From contig OZ024740.1 of the NCBI GenBank assembly GCA_964016885.1, positions 175,956,001 through 176,020,000 of the forward strand: a DNA stretch of 64,000 nucleotides, given 5' to 3'. The notes beneath the pieces are model-generated. The model was not told the DNA's origin and did not search any database. It worked only from the letters and a program-made list of their open reading frames with translations. A program made the translations under genes and the position numbers. Of this stretch, positions 1 to 11,642 are shown in pieces. The stretch comes from Eledone cirrhosa. Its lineage: Eukaryota. Positions within the stretch are counted from its first letter, which is position 1, and the number at the start of each line of letters is the position of its first letter.

Positions 1-145
1 CCCACACCGAGGTACCATCACCCTATCAAATACACCACGCCACTACACCAATAATTACTCTAGTAGCACACCTCCCCCATCTAATCCTTCTAGCACTGAC
101 CTACCGCTTAGGTTAAACTACCCTACTTCCACTAACCGCAGAAGC

Positions 146-579
146 AACTGCAACTGCGTTACCCTAATGCATGCCCATTAAATGGACACTGCCTGACACC
201 CAACATAGTCTATAGGTGCATGGTTAAAACTGCTTCGAATACCAGCTCTTATATCGGGTCTATCTCTAACCCTTTTAAGGTACGCTATAACGCGCACTAT
301 TTTTCCTTCCGAGACCCTAGCAACAGATGTTCGACATCGCTAGCTAGGCTCATTAAAAACCTTAAATTAAGCAACGCTTAACACTCACTAAAATGGGATA
401 TCGTGGCTAGGGCCCAACCGTTCAATGGACGATGAAAATCTTGTGATCTCTGTATTACAGAAGCATATTACATAACTCTATCACGACCTCTACCGATTAA
501 CGATAGAACGGAGGTAACTATTATCTGTCAACATCGAAGGGCTAATTCCTTCGCCAATAGAATATTTGACCCAAATTAG
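146..579 (+). pseudogene. Disrupted PLE GIY-YIG endonuclease domain
   Basis: IVY..YIG motif, CxC/CPL.G.CL and CxxC/CxH clusters; frameshift near 158, TAA 379-381, TGA 433-435, terminal TAG 577-579. Confidence 0.85.
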
Positions 580-954
580 TCATCTAGCCCCATTTTTACT
601 TGTAGCTAAGTTAAATAGCTATGACTAACTTAGATAATTACAAGTTACCTCCCCTGCATTGTCTCTCAATTAAAAAATTTAAAAATTAGCACTTAACTAT
701 AAACTACCCACAATTTCTAATCTCTCGAGGAGTTACTCCCCCTGAAACCACCCTCTAATTAGTAAGGTAAATATGTCCTTTGGCAGCCATCTTGTTACCC
801 ATAGGCAGATCTCACACAATTCAGCCTCAACAGATGAATACTGCTCGATTATGGCTGACAACTGATGCAACCAAGACACCATAGTGAAAAACCAATATAT
901 GGAACATTATATTATGTAACATTCTCTCATTATTTTAATTTGTATTCCTTAGAA

Positions 955-1074
955 GTTCCGATGAGCAGCTCTGTTTTGTAATTATGTTAATTATTTTCAA
1001 CTGAACCAGATCAATTATGATATATAGTCATCTGATCCAGAAATATGATATGGAGTAGCGAAACAATTGTAAAC
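955..1074 (+). ncRNA. Degenerate type I hammerhead ribozyme with large stem II insertion
   Basis: gtt-CCGATGA-gc...(~95 nt)...gc-GAAAC-aatt-GTA-aac. Palindromic loop III (ACAATTGT); core has U4->C. Confidence 0.55.
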
Positions 1075-1284
1075 GCACATTATTATTATTAATATTATTA
1101 TTATTATTATTCTCTACATTCCTTACATCAAACTAAAATATGTTGACAATCTTTTAATAATATCTTCCTTGTGAAATTTGTGGTCTTGTTTTGCTTAACT
1201 AATGAATATTTCCAGCTCTACGCACCTAACTTCTGCATGAACCCAGCCACCTAGCTGCTTTCTCTTTAAGATTGGTTACTCTTG

Positions 1285-1348
<64 letters not shown>

Positions 1349-1382
1349 CAAGAGTAACCAATCTTAAAGATATACAGATATA

Positions 1383-1421
<39 letters not shown>

Positions 1422-1440
1422 CAAGAGTAACCAATCTTAA

Positions 1441-1506
<66 letters not shown>

Positions 1507-1618
1507 TTATATATACAGTTCAAGAGTAACCAATCTTTGTGTATAGTGGTAGCTATGGTGCTTCCGTAGGGGGTATGCCAAAATTAGCACCCAATATTCA
1601 ATAGAGTAGAGTGTAGAT

Positions 1619-1911
1619 ATTATCAAGAAAACGAAAAATCAGTGATGCATCTGGACTTAGTTTATTTCGTGTTACAAATGTTTCGCAGGCATGTAGCTGG
1701 GAGTCATGGTCCTTGTATGGAGCTGGCTGATTCTACTTCTGCGGGTTCTTTCAGACACGGCTGTTATGTTCGGAGCAAATTTTATCACGTGATAGAAGTA
1801 GAATCAGCCAGATCTATACAAGAACCATGACTCGAACTACATGCCGGCGAAACTTTGTAACACGAAATAAACTAAGTCCAGATGCATCACTGATTTTTCG
1901 TTTTCTTGATA

Positions 1912-1914
<3 letters not shown>
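1619..1914. repeat. Palindromic island: ~120-bp inverted arms (1619-1740 / 1794-1914) with ~53-bp spacer
   Basis: tattatcaagaaaacgaaaaatcagtgatgcatctggac... is the reverse complement of ...gtccagatgcatcactgatttttcgttttcttgataata. Confidence 0.9.
1667..1759 (-). ncRNA. Variant type I HHR with extended stem II
   Basis: Minus strand: cgtgt-CTGAAAGA-accc-gcag.aa.gtag...ctac.atgc.ctgc-GAAAC-attt-GTA-acacg-aaataaa. Perfect 5-bp stem I; core has extra bases. Confidence 0.55.
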
Positions 1915-1944
<30 letters not shown>

Positions 1945-1970
1945 GAGAGAGATATATATATATATTATAC

Positions 1971-2001
<31 letters not shown>

Positions 2002-2144
2002 GGTGTCTATATATATATGTGTGTGTGTTTGTGTGTGTGTATATATATAAATGTAAATATACACACACACAAACACACACACATATATATATATAGACAC
2101 ACCCACCCACACGCGCACATATTCAACCCCCCCCACCCCTCACC

Positions 2145-2193
<49 letters not shown>

Positions 2194-2305
2194 TTTGATG
2201 TACAAATGACGGAGCAAATATATTCAATTGATGTACAGTTTCTGCATTATTTAGACATTGAAAACTCAAAGGAATGACGGCGCAAAATCGAATATATATA
2301 TATAA

Positions 2306-2405
<100 letters not shown>

Positions 2406-2783
2406 ATATAGGCGTGTATGTATATATATATATATATATATTCATATAGGCGTGTATGTATATATATATATATATCATATATATATACATCACTAATTTA
2501 ATGAATGTTTCTTTGTCTGAAGATATTAACAACTCGTTATCATATGCAGACATCACTTAATATTCATTTATCATGTGGTATATTGCTTTTCCATACTATG
2601 TACACATATAACTTACACACACACATATATATATACATACATATATACACACTCATATATATATATACATACATATATACACACTGACACATATCTGTGT
2701 GTGTGTGTGTGTGTGTGTGTGCGTTTTTGTGTGTATGTGTGTGTGTGTAAGTTTGTATGTATATATGTATGTATGTACGTATA

Positions 2784-2821
<38 letters not shown>

Positions 2822-2835
2822 TATACAATATTTAC

Positions 2836-2867
<32 letters not shown>

Positions 2868-2877
2868 TTATGTAAAT

Positions 2878-2915
<38 letters not shown>

Positions 2916-3019
2916 TATACAATATTTACATATATATATACATATATATATAATATTTACATATATATATACATATATATATAATATTTACATATATATA
3001 TATATATATATATAATATT

Positions 3020-3133
<114 letters not shown>

Positions 3134-3137
3134 TTGT

Positions 3138-3171
<34 letters not shown>

Positions 3172-3187
3172 ATATACATATATATAC

Positions 3188-3235
<48 letters not shown>

Positions 3236-3239
3236 GTAC

Positions 3240-3313
<74 letters not shown>

Positions 3314-3577
3314 AACGGAAAAAATGAAACGAAATTTCATTTCCCACTCTTAGTACGGCTGTTACTTAAATATAAGTATGTATACGTACATACATATATG
3401 TATACAGACGTACAACAGTATGTATATATATATACATACATGCACACATATATATATGTACGTATGGATTCACCGAACATTTAGTATAATGCTCGGTGTG
3501 TTTGTAAACAAACATCCCGTATTAAGCCGTAGTGTCTAGCAACCATCGTTGCTCGTTTGTTCAACACTGACAAAGGA

Positions 3578-3620
3578 ACGCTGTAATAGTTTCAAGCTTA
3601 TTAGCTATCGTCAGCAACGT
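3578..3620 (-). ncRNA. HHR of the opposite arm, variant triplet UUA (GAAACTATTA)
   Basis: Identical to 3712-3754 except G->T at the first base of the cleavage triplet. Confidence 0.8.
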
Positions 3621-3711
3621 ATACCTTCCTGCCAGATGATTGAACGTCTGAAAGTATATACTCTCCTTATACATATTAACGGCTGAGCAGCCTCATCTGG
3701 CAGGAAGGTAT

Positions 3712-3754
3712 ACGTTGCTGACGATAGCTAATAAGCTTGAAACTAGTACAGCGT
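3712..3754 (+). ncRNA. Intact minimal type I HHR, palindromic loop III, GUA cleavage site (after 3748)
   Basis: acgttg-CTGACGA-t-agct-aata-agct-t-GAAAC-ta-GTA-cagcgt. Stem I extends via aagg/cctt and ctggca/tgtcag. Confidence 0.9.
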
Positions 3755-3979
3755 TCCTTTGTCAGTGTTGAACAAACGAGCAACGATGGTTGCTAGACAC
3801 TACGGCTTAATACGGGATGTTTGTTTACAAACACACCGAGCATTAAAATAAATGTTCGGTGAATCCATACGTATATATAAATATGTGTGCATGTATGTAT
3901 ATATATATACATACTATTGCACGTATGCATACATATATGTATGTACGTATACATACTTACATATATCTATATATATATA

Positions 3980-4053
3980 ATGTTTTAATATAGAAAAGCT
4001 TCTACAAGACTAGAACCGTTTCATTCGTGATAAATCATCAGGAGCCAGAATAA

Positions 4054-4056
<3 letters not shown>
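3980..4056 (-). repeat. ~80-bp dispersed island with HHR-core-like motif (relatives at 8121-8200 and 34118-34266)
   Basis: Minus strand: CTGATGA-tttatcacgaat-GAAAC-ggttcta-GTC. Nearly the same boundaries as 8121-8200. Stem I pairing is poor. Confidence 0.6.
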
Positions 4057-4132
<76 letters not shown>

Positions 4133-4210
4133 ATGTATGGTATGGGTGTGTATGTATGTGTGTGTGTGGAAATATATGTGTATATATGTATGTATATTTG
4201 TATGTACGTA

Positions 4211-4384
<174 letters not shown>

Positions 4385-6620
4385 AGAATTAAAATACTAG
4401 AGTGTGTTGGAGATAAACACCCTGTTCATATTATAGAAATGACAGTATAAGATATAGCTCAATGTAATTAAATAGAGCCGAAGAATTATAAAAAAATAAA
4501 CCAAAGAAGCCTTCAATACATCAAAAGTCTTTATTAGCCAACAATGTTTCGTCCTATTAAGGAGTCATTAGGGCAAGTAAAGCTACAAGAAGCACTATCG
4601 GCCAATACAAGCCAAAAACTCAGAAGAATATGGAGTATACATCTATTAAAGCTTAGGAAAGATATCAAGGAAAAGTTGGCTAAGATTAAGAGTGAGCAGT
4701 TACAAGCATAGATATAGACCAAATAGCAAGGAAGTGATTTACATGTTGAACCCACATTGTAAATATTGTATAATGCAAAAACTTGAAACACAAATGGTAA
4801 TATAATGCGAGAATTACAGTACGATATGGAATATAATATAATATAATAGATGGTGATAATAAAAAGCTTAATATATGTATATATATATATATATCTATAC
4901 ATATATACATTAGTACAAACACAAACTAACACTTATTAAGTATTTAAATATATATATATATATATTGTTTACAGTATAATATAATAAATATAAAAATAAG
5001 AATTTTTTACAGCTTTTCGATTTTAGTTTCCATAGTCTTTTGGCTACCATACCCTATCTATCTTCTTAAGCATTATTATAGTTTCACAACTAACACCTTA
5101 TGAGTTTATATCTTATTAAATACTTTGGTTGGAGTCTCATTCAACTAATGTACCTCCTCCTCTACACACTTAATATCCGCCTCTTCTATTATACTATATA
5201 TAAATTTCACCTTTATGCTCCTTTTATGATATTATATAATATATTTATTTTACTTTTATGCTCCTTTCTATCCTCCATAACCTCTCTTCTTTCTGTTCCC
5301 ATTGGTCTACCATAGTTCTATTTAGAGTCCTTTTATTTGATAACGTTATTCGACTGAACGGAGCATATTTTACTCTATTCTTGATAATTTTATTGAAATA
5401 TCTTAAACTTATACGTTTTTGATTACTTAAACTCTAGCCAATTTCGAAGTGACTAAACATGTATTTTAAATACTTTTAATATTAATTAATTTAAAAAGGT
5501 TTTTCTAGTCAATTCTCCGCTTTCATTTCTATCTTTTCTTTTACTTAACCGCTTGTGACACCTAAGTAAATATACTTGTTTTTGTTTTTCGATTTTCAGT
5601 TTATTATTTTATTTATTTTTTTACTACCACATGTAATTTCATTAATATATGTCTGTGTATGTCAACCACGTAAATATATATATTAAGCTTTTCCTTAGAC
5701 TCTGTTTGATATTTGATATTAACGTTGTTATATCATATCATTTTTATGTAATCGTATTATAGATTTTAATATGTTATTTAAAGTACTGTTCTGTTATATT
5801 TTGTAATATTTTTGTGATATTTTGGTAATATTTATGCCAATGTAAAATGACTTGACCTCCGTGTATTTGTTGCAATGGTATAGATTTTTCTTCAACACAA
5901 TTTTTTCAACACAATTTAGTTCTATATGATTTTTTTCTTACCCTGTGTAATACTTTATACTATTTGTTAACCTTGAATTATATATATGATGTAATTTTGT
6001 ATATCTTTTGATGCCAATATATTATAATATTGTTATTATAATGTTATTATAATGTTTTTATATTGTTTATGCACACTGACAGAGAATTATATATTATATT
6101 TTATTTTTATTTTTATTCTTATTTTTATATTTATTATATTATACTGTAAACAATATATATATATATATTTAAATACTTAATAAGTGTTAGTTTGTGTTTG
6201 TACTAATGTATATATGTATATATATATATATATATATATACATATATTAAGCTTTTTATTATCACCATCTATTATATTATATTATATTCTATATCGTACT
6301 GTAATTCTCGCATTATATTACCAGTTGTGTTTCAAGTTTTTGCATTATACAATATTTACAATGTGGGTTCAACATGTAAATCACTTCCTTGCTATTTGTT
6401 CTATATCTATGCTTGTAACTACTCACTCTTAATCTTAGCCAACTTTTCCTTGATATCTTTCCTAAGCTTTAATAGATGTATACACCATATTCTTCTGAGT
6501 TTTTGGCTTGTATTGGCCGATAGTGCTTCTTGTAGCTTTACTTGCCCTGATGAGTCCTTAATAGGACGAAACATTGTTGGCTAATAAAGACTTTTGATGT
6601 ATTGAAGGCTTCTTTGGTTT

Positions 6621-6625
<5 letters not shown>
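4385..6625. mobile_element. Non-coding PLE-type element with ~505-bp inverted pLTR-like arms (4498-5003 / 6115-6620) and 1.1-kb AT-rich spacer
   Basis: Arms are near-identical reverse complements (mirror ORFs in the track); each ends in HHR + AATAAA + tail running into (TA)n. Confidence 0.85.
6544..6581 (+). ncRNA. Minimal type I HHR
   Basis: gcc-CTGATGA-gtcct-taat-aggac-GAAAC-att-GTT-ggc, followed by AATAAA. The mirror copy at 4537-4574(-) has core CTAATGA. Confidence 0.85.
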
Positions 6626-6660
<35 letters not shown>

Positions 6661-6710
6661 TTGTATACATATATATACAATATTTACACACATATATATA
6701 TATATATATA

Positions 6711-8104
6711 GTGAAAAATGGAACGGGAACGAAACAGAGAGGCAGTTCGAACAAAGGTTTATTAGTTTCACGCTCTTGAGAGTGGTGTGGTGATGGGAAA
6801 CGACGTTTCGGGCATAAGCCCTTCTTCAGGCGAAACGTGTGTGGGAAGAGAGTTCCAAGGGTGTGTAGGGGAGTGGGGGAGAGACATTTAGAAAAAAGGG
6901 GTTGACAAGAAACGGTGGAAGGGGTACAAATGAAAATAAATAGAAAAACATAATAAAAATAAAAATGAACATGAAGATAAACAAGTGGTGGAAGGTTGTG
7001 GGGCGAGTAGGGGTGGTGGCGGGCGGAGTGAGGAGAAGGAGGCGGGGCGTCCGAGCGGGGAGGGCTGAAGGTGGTGTGTGTGTGTTTATGTGAATATGAG
7101 AGTTGGGGGACGAACGGCGTTCCATGTTCATGCAAAGGTGTGTGTATGGGTGGGGTGTAGGTCGGTGTGTGTGTGCGTGTGTGAATGGTGAGGGGTCAGA
7201 GGGGTAGGGGATGGGGGTTGGATTCCGGAGGCTGAGTGTGTAAATATGTGGGGGGTACGCACGTGTGTGTGGTGTTTATACGTATTGTGGATGTTGGTGG
7301 CGTGTGGGAAAAAAATTTGTTTGTGAGTATGTCCGTGGTTAAGTTCCTAAGGTAGTTCCGTAGAGGGTGTGGTGGGGTGCCGGATATTTTCCTAGTGATG
7401 GAGTTGATTGGTGGGAGCGATGTTCAATGTGTGTAATCCGTGGTTGGGTTGGTCGGAAGAGGGGAGATGTGTGGTGCGCGCGCAACAGGAAGTGGTCAGA
7501 GGGTCAAGGCAGAAGGAGGGTTGTGTGTCTGTGTGTGCGGAGAGGTGGTCAGAGGGTCAGGGCATAGCAGCAGTAGGGGAGAATGGCAGGTGGAGAAAGT
7601 CAGTGTGTCAGTGTGTGCGGTGGACAGGGGAAAGGATGGGTAGGTGTGAAAGGTGGAGTGGGTAGGGGATCGTGCGGGGGGAGGGGGTGTATTAGTAGAG
7701 GTGTTAGTGGGATGTGTGTGTGTGAAGGGGTGTGGGTGGAGCGGGGATAGGGAGAGAAAGGTGTGGGGCCGGTGGAGGGAGTGTAGTGTACTGGTGTGTG
7801 TGTGCGTGTTTGGATGAGTGTGTGTGTGGTGAAGGGCGTGTTAGTGGGTGTTAGTATACTGGTGGTTGGGAAATGGTTGATTGCGGGTGTGTTAGTGGGG
7901 GTCAGTGGTGGTAGGGTGTGTAGAGTGGGTGGTGTAAGTGGGTGTGTGTGTTCGTGTGCGTGGGGTCGGGGGATGTTAGTGATATTAGTTGTGGGGTGGT
8001 GGGAGTGGATGTGTGGGTGAGGGTTAGTGGTGGTAATAAGGTGTGTGTTTAGTGTGAGTGCGTGTATATATGTACCGGTGGATGTGTGCGTGATAGGGGG
8101 AGGG
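6711..8104 (-). mobile_element. 5'-truncated 3' copy of the Neptune-type PLE at 14268-18712
   Basis: Reverse complement aligns to ~17410-18712 with the same 3' end ...ccatttttcac(TA)n. Minimal HHR core CTGAAGA-agggc-ttat-gccc-GAAAC-GTC at ~6798-6833. Confidence 0.9.
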
Positions 8105-8196
8105 ATATATATATATATATAATTGTTTAATATAGAAAAGCTTCTACAGGACTAGAACTGTTTCATTCGTGAGAAATCAACAGGACCCCGGAATAA

Positions 8197-8511
<315 letters not shown>

Positions 8512-8522
8512 TTACATACATA

Positions 8523-8563
<41 letters not shown>

Positions 8564-8574
8564 GACATATATAT

Positions 8575-8830
8575 ATACTATAAATGAGAGTGTATTTTGG
8601 TGTATGTGTATGTGTCTCAAAGATCCGAAACGGTGCATCCTAGAGGCAAACGATTTACATTTTCGAAATTTGCCCCTAATGAGAATATTTTCGGGTTGTT
8701 AGTTATCAAAAAATATAATTATTACAAGATATAAATCAACTTCAACATCGACAATGTTGAATATCATTAGAATCCACAACTGTCAGAATACCTCTTTCCA
8801 TATATCTTTCCGTGGTTGTGGTAGTAGTAT

Positions 8831-8890
<60 letters not shown>

Positions 8891-8931
8891 TGGTAATAGT
8901 AGTATTCGTGGTAGTAATAATAGTAATCGTG

Positions 8932-8989
<58 letters not shown>

Positions 8990-9270
8990 GATGAGGAGGA
9001 GGAGGAGGGGTAGGAGGAGGAGGTGGTTTTAGATAAACTATCCCAACCATTTCAAAAGGCAAATTGATCAAATCCGAGCCTATTTGAACAAATCGACATT
9101 CTGGACTTCTATCACAGTTTTGAAGCTCGCTACAAACATGAGAGCATATCTCGGTGGAGACGAACAATCAAAGCACTTTGCCCAGAATCTATTAATGCAT
9201 GGGGACAAAAGACTTCCTATAGATCGTAAGGGAGCTATTAATATTAAGCCAAAAGTGGCTCAATGAAACG
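8575..9270 (+). mobile_element. Helitron fragment (Pif1-like helicase relic, interrupted by (GTA)n)
   Basis: 9027-9260: FR*TIPTISKG..KSTFWTSITVLKLATNMRAYLGGDEQSKHFAQNLLMHG, matching Helitron helicase FRQTLPVI..L.L..NMR..F...LL.IG. The 5' boundary is tentative. Confidence 0.7.
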
Positions 9271-9367
9271 GCTACATTGAGCCCCAAAATCTGACTGTGT
9301 AATTGGTAAACCAAGAGTTTTTAAAAAGAATTCTAAAGATTTCAAATCTCTATCGATCTCTCGACAC

Positions 9368-9617
9368 TGTATGTATAAGTATATAAATGTATGTATATGT
9401 ATGTATATATATATATATACATATACAAGAAGGTAGTACAGCATAATCGAATCTCTGGTTGCGGGCAAGCTAACGAATGCTGTCGGGAAGTGCTGTATGT
9501 ATAAGTATATAAATGTATGTATATGTATGTATATATATATATACATATACAAGAAGGTAGTACAGCATAATCGAATCTCTGGTTGCGGGCAAGCTAACGA
9601 ATGCTGTCGGGAAGTGC
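9368..9617. repeat. Two-copy tandem duplication, ~125-bp unit
   Basis: ctgtatgtataagt...gaatgctgtcgggaagtgc is repeated, differing only in TA count. Confidence 0.9.
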
Positions 9618-9754
9618 AGCCAAAAGCACTCAATAAGGAATTTACCTTAGAGTTATAACATTACGTTTAGACAGCTATGTAAATTTGAAGCCAGTGACCG
9701 ACTCAGGGAAAATGTTGACCATCATGGACATATTACGCAAAATTATATAACATC

Positions 9755-9860
9755 TCCACTAGGTTTCTGTAAATCCGAAATCAACAAAATCCATTTGTAG
9801 GGGCCTGCAAGTTAATTAGGCTTTGGAATATAGAACAGTGGAATTTACTTCGTCAACAGG
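9755..9860 (-). ncRNA. Decayed HHR with large stem II
   Basis: Minus strand: TTGACGA-a-gtaaattcc...ggatttac-a-GAAAC-cta-GTG. Confidence 0.4.
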
Positions 9861-9943
9861 TTACCGTTCTGCTACCGCCGGTTGTAAAAAAAACTACTAG
9901 TTATACTGCTAGTAAACACTGCTAGTAGTCACGTGGATTCTCC

Positions 9944-10001
<58 letters not shown>

Positions 10002-10054
10002 ATTTAAAACTGCACTATCTACAAGTGTTTTTTAGCCTTCATATCATGTTCTCC

Positions 10055-10127
10055 TGTTTTATCTGATGAAAACACAAATATTATTGCATGATGATGTTTG
10101 TTTTTGAAATGCGCATAATAAAATACA
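10055..10127 (+). ncRNA. Intact type I HHR, palindromic loop III, AUA site (after 10117)
   Basis: ttttat-CTGATGA-aaac.acaaatattat-tgcatg-atgatgtttgt.tttt-GAAAT-gcgc-ATA-ataaaa. Lies in a ~165-bp island between (TA)n tracts. Confidence 0.85.
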
Positions 10128-10160
10128 TGGAACTCCTTTAACCATCTTTTAATCTTATAT

Positions 10161-10191
<31 letters not shown>

Positions 10192-10639
10192 GTATATATA
10201 TGTGTATGTGTATATATATATATATATACACTCACACATATATATACATTTACATACATAATTATACATATCTAACACTCCAATCAGTTAACGATAATGC
10301 AATTAGGTTGTGTATCCGTCCAAATACAATTTAGTAGACCATGACGGAATATAATAATGATTGTTGCAAAGGCCAAATGTAGATATTTATAATTGTTTTA
10401 ATACATAATCTCCCGTAATACATATTTCTGTAGCTTTAATAATCACGTAATGCTCCCATCACGTAACTTCCAACATGTCAATGACAGAATCTTAAGTAAC
10501 AATGTGGTTATGTAATATGTCTAATGCAATACAAGCTAGTGATAAGAGGACAAACGAATTCGTTGTTGTTCCTATGAGAGTCCGTCTGTGTAACAAAGTT
10601 GGTTGGTGGTGGCGTAATAGCAGCATTATATATTACGAA

Positions 10640-10925
10640 GTGTTACGTCCAAATCAAAATGATTTCCCCACAAGGTCACTCTACCACATCCCAAATACTT
10701 GTTATCCGTTGTATTCTATAACAACTCCTAAAACCATACCATGGAGGCTGTATTAGCATTTATTGATTTCCGAAAAGCCTTTGACACTATCAATGGCAAG
10801 AAAAGGCATGAAATTCGCGATGTTTTCTGCATTGCACTTTGTGTAGCCAACGCGATTGGAATCATGTACGAGAATACCTCTGCAGTAGTAATACGCCAGA
10901 TGGGGAAACTGATTTATTCAGTACT
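10640..10925 (+). pseudogene. RTE-clade LINE reverse transcriptase fragment
   Basis: LRPNQNDF..RS; EAVLAFIDFRKAFDTI..ANAIGIMYENTSAVVI. Confidence 0.8.
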
Positions 10926-11331
10926 ATTTCTAGCAGGTCGAGTGGCTTTTTGTTGTTATTGCTGCTGGCATTGGGTTTAAATAAAAAAAGCATTATATGA
11001 GAAAGGTGATGTTGTGTCACATATGCACTTCTTCAGTTCATTTGTGATCTAAGTGAAGTTAAAGGGCCTCAGTTTTCAAACGAAACCGGATCATAGACTC
11101 ATTCTGGCCAGAATATATTACCTCTTACAATACGTGTCTGTCTAGGAATGCTAAAAAAGATGATGATGTCACATATCGGTACAAGGCCACATATTTGTAA
11201 CAAATGTGTATAGTCAATAGAATCGGTTTACTTTAATAGAATATAGACCTAAGTACTTGCATGTTTCATAGTTTATAGACCCCAAGGGCCAAGTTAACAT
11301 TTAGATGCGCGCGCACATGTGTGTTGAAGGA

Positions 11332-11642
11332 AGACGCGTGTCTTAGTGGTTAAGCAGATCGATTTACGATCGTAAGGTCGTGAATTCACATCGGCGCGTT
11401 GTATCCTTCAGCGAAACACTTTATTTCACGTTGCTCCATCCACTCAGCTGGAAAAAAAATGAGTTGTACCTGTAATTCAAAGGGGTCCCAGCCTTGTTAC
11501 ATACAACCACGCTGTATCTCCCTGGGAACTGCATTAAGGATACACGTATCTGTGGAATGCTCAGCTGTATGCGTTTTAATTTCAAGAGCAGACTATACTG
11601 TTGATTGAATCAACTGGAACACTGGTGGAAGAAACAGATAGA
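11332..11642 (+). mobile_element. tRNA-derived SINE (family A; related heads at 33890-34045(-), 47990-48135(-), 53677-53800(+), 56698-56830(+); 3' part shared with 27800-28080)
   Basis: A-box-like tagtggttaag, degenerate B-box, shared body cactttatttcacgttgctcc. Confidence 0.7.

Larger units (their letters stand above)
1..1287 (+). mobile_element. 3' part of a Penelope-like element (Naiad-type GIY-YIG end plus pLTR/tail), ending in (TA)n
   Basis: Manual translation of 146-579: NCNC.YPNACPLNGHCLTPNIVYRCMVKT..YIGS..NPFKVRYNAH.FSF..TSLA..IKNLK..LKWDIV..CDLCITE..INDRTE..CQHR. This is the Cys-rich GIY-YIG pattern of Naiad-like PLEs. An HHR-like motif follows at 955-1074 and the element ends abruptly at (TA)n. 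Confidence 0.85.
3312..3959. mobile_element. Palindromic double-HHR non-coding element, copy 1 (unique end 3312-3372, arms 3373-3639 and 3693-3959)
   Basis: ~267-bp inverted arms; the whole unit recurs reverse-complemented at 60883-61592; flanked by TA-rich repeats. Confidence 0.9.

Noticed and set aside
433-435. In-frame TGA in the Naiad-type GIY-YIG as a possible selenocysteine (reported for some Naiads)
   Set aside because: It is not at a conserved Cys position, the same frame also has a TAA and a frameshift, and I saw no well-paired SECIS downstream.
11332-11400. SINE heads as tRNA genes
   Set aside because: Only degenerate A/B boxes without a cloverleaf, followed by SINE bodies.
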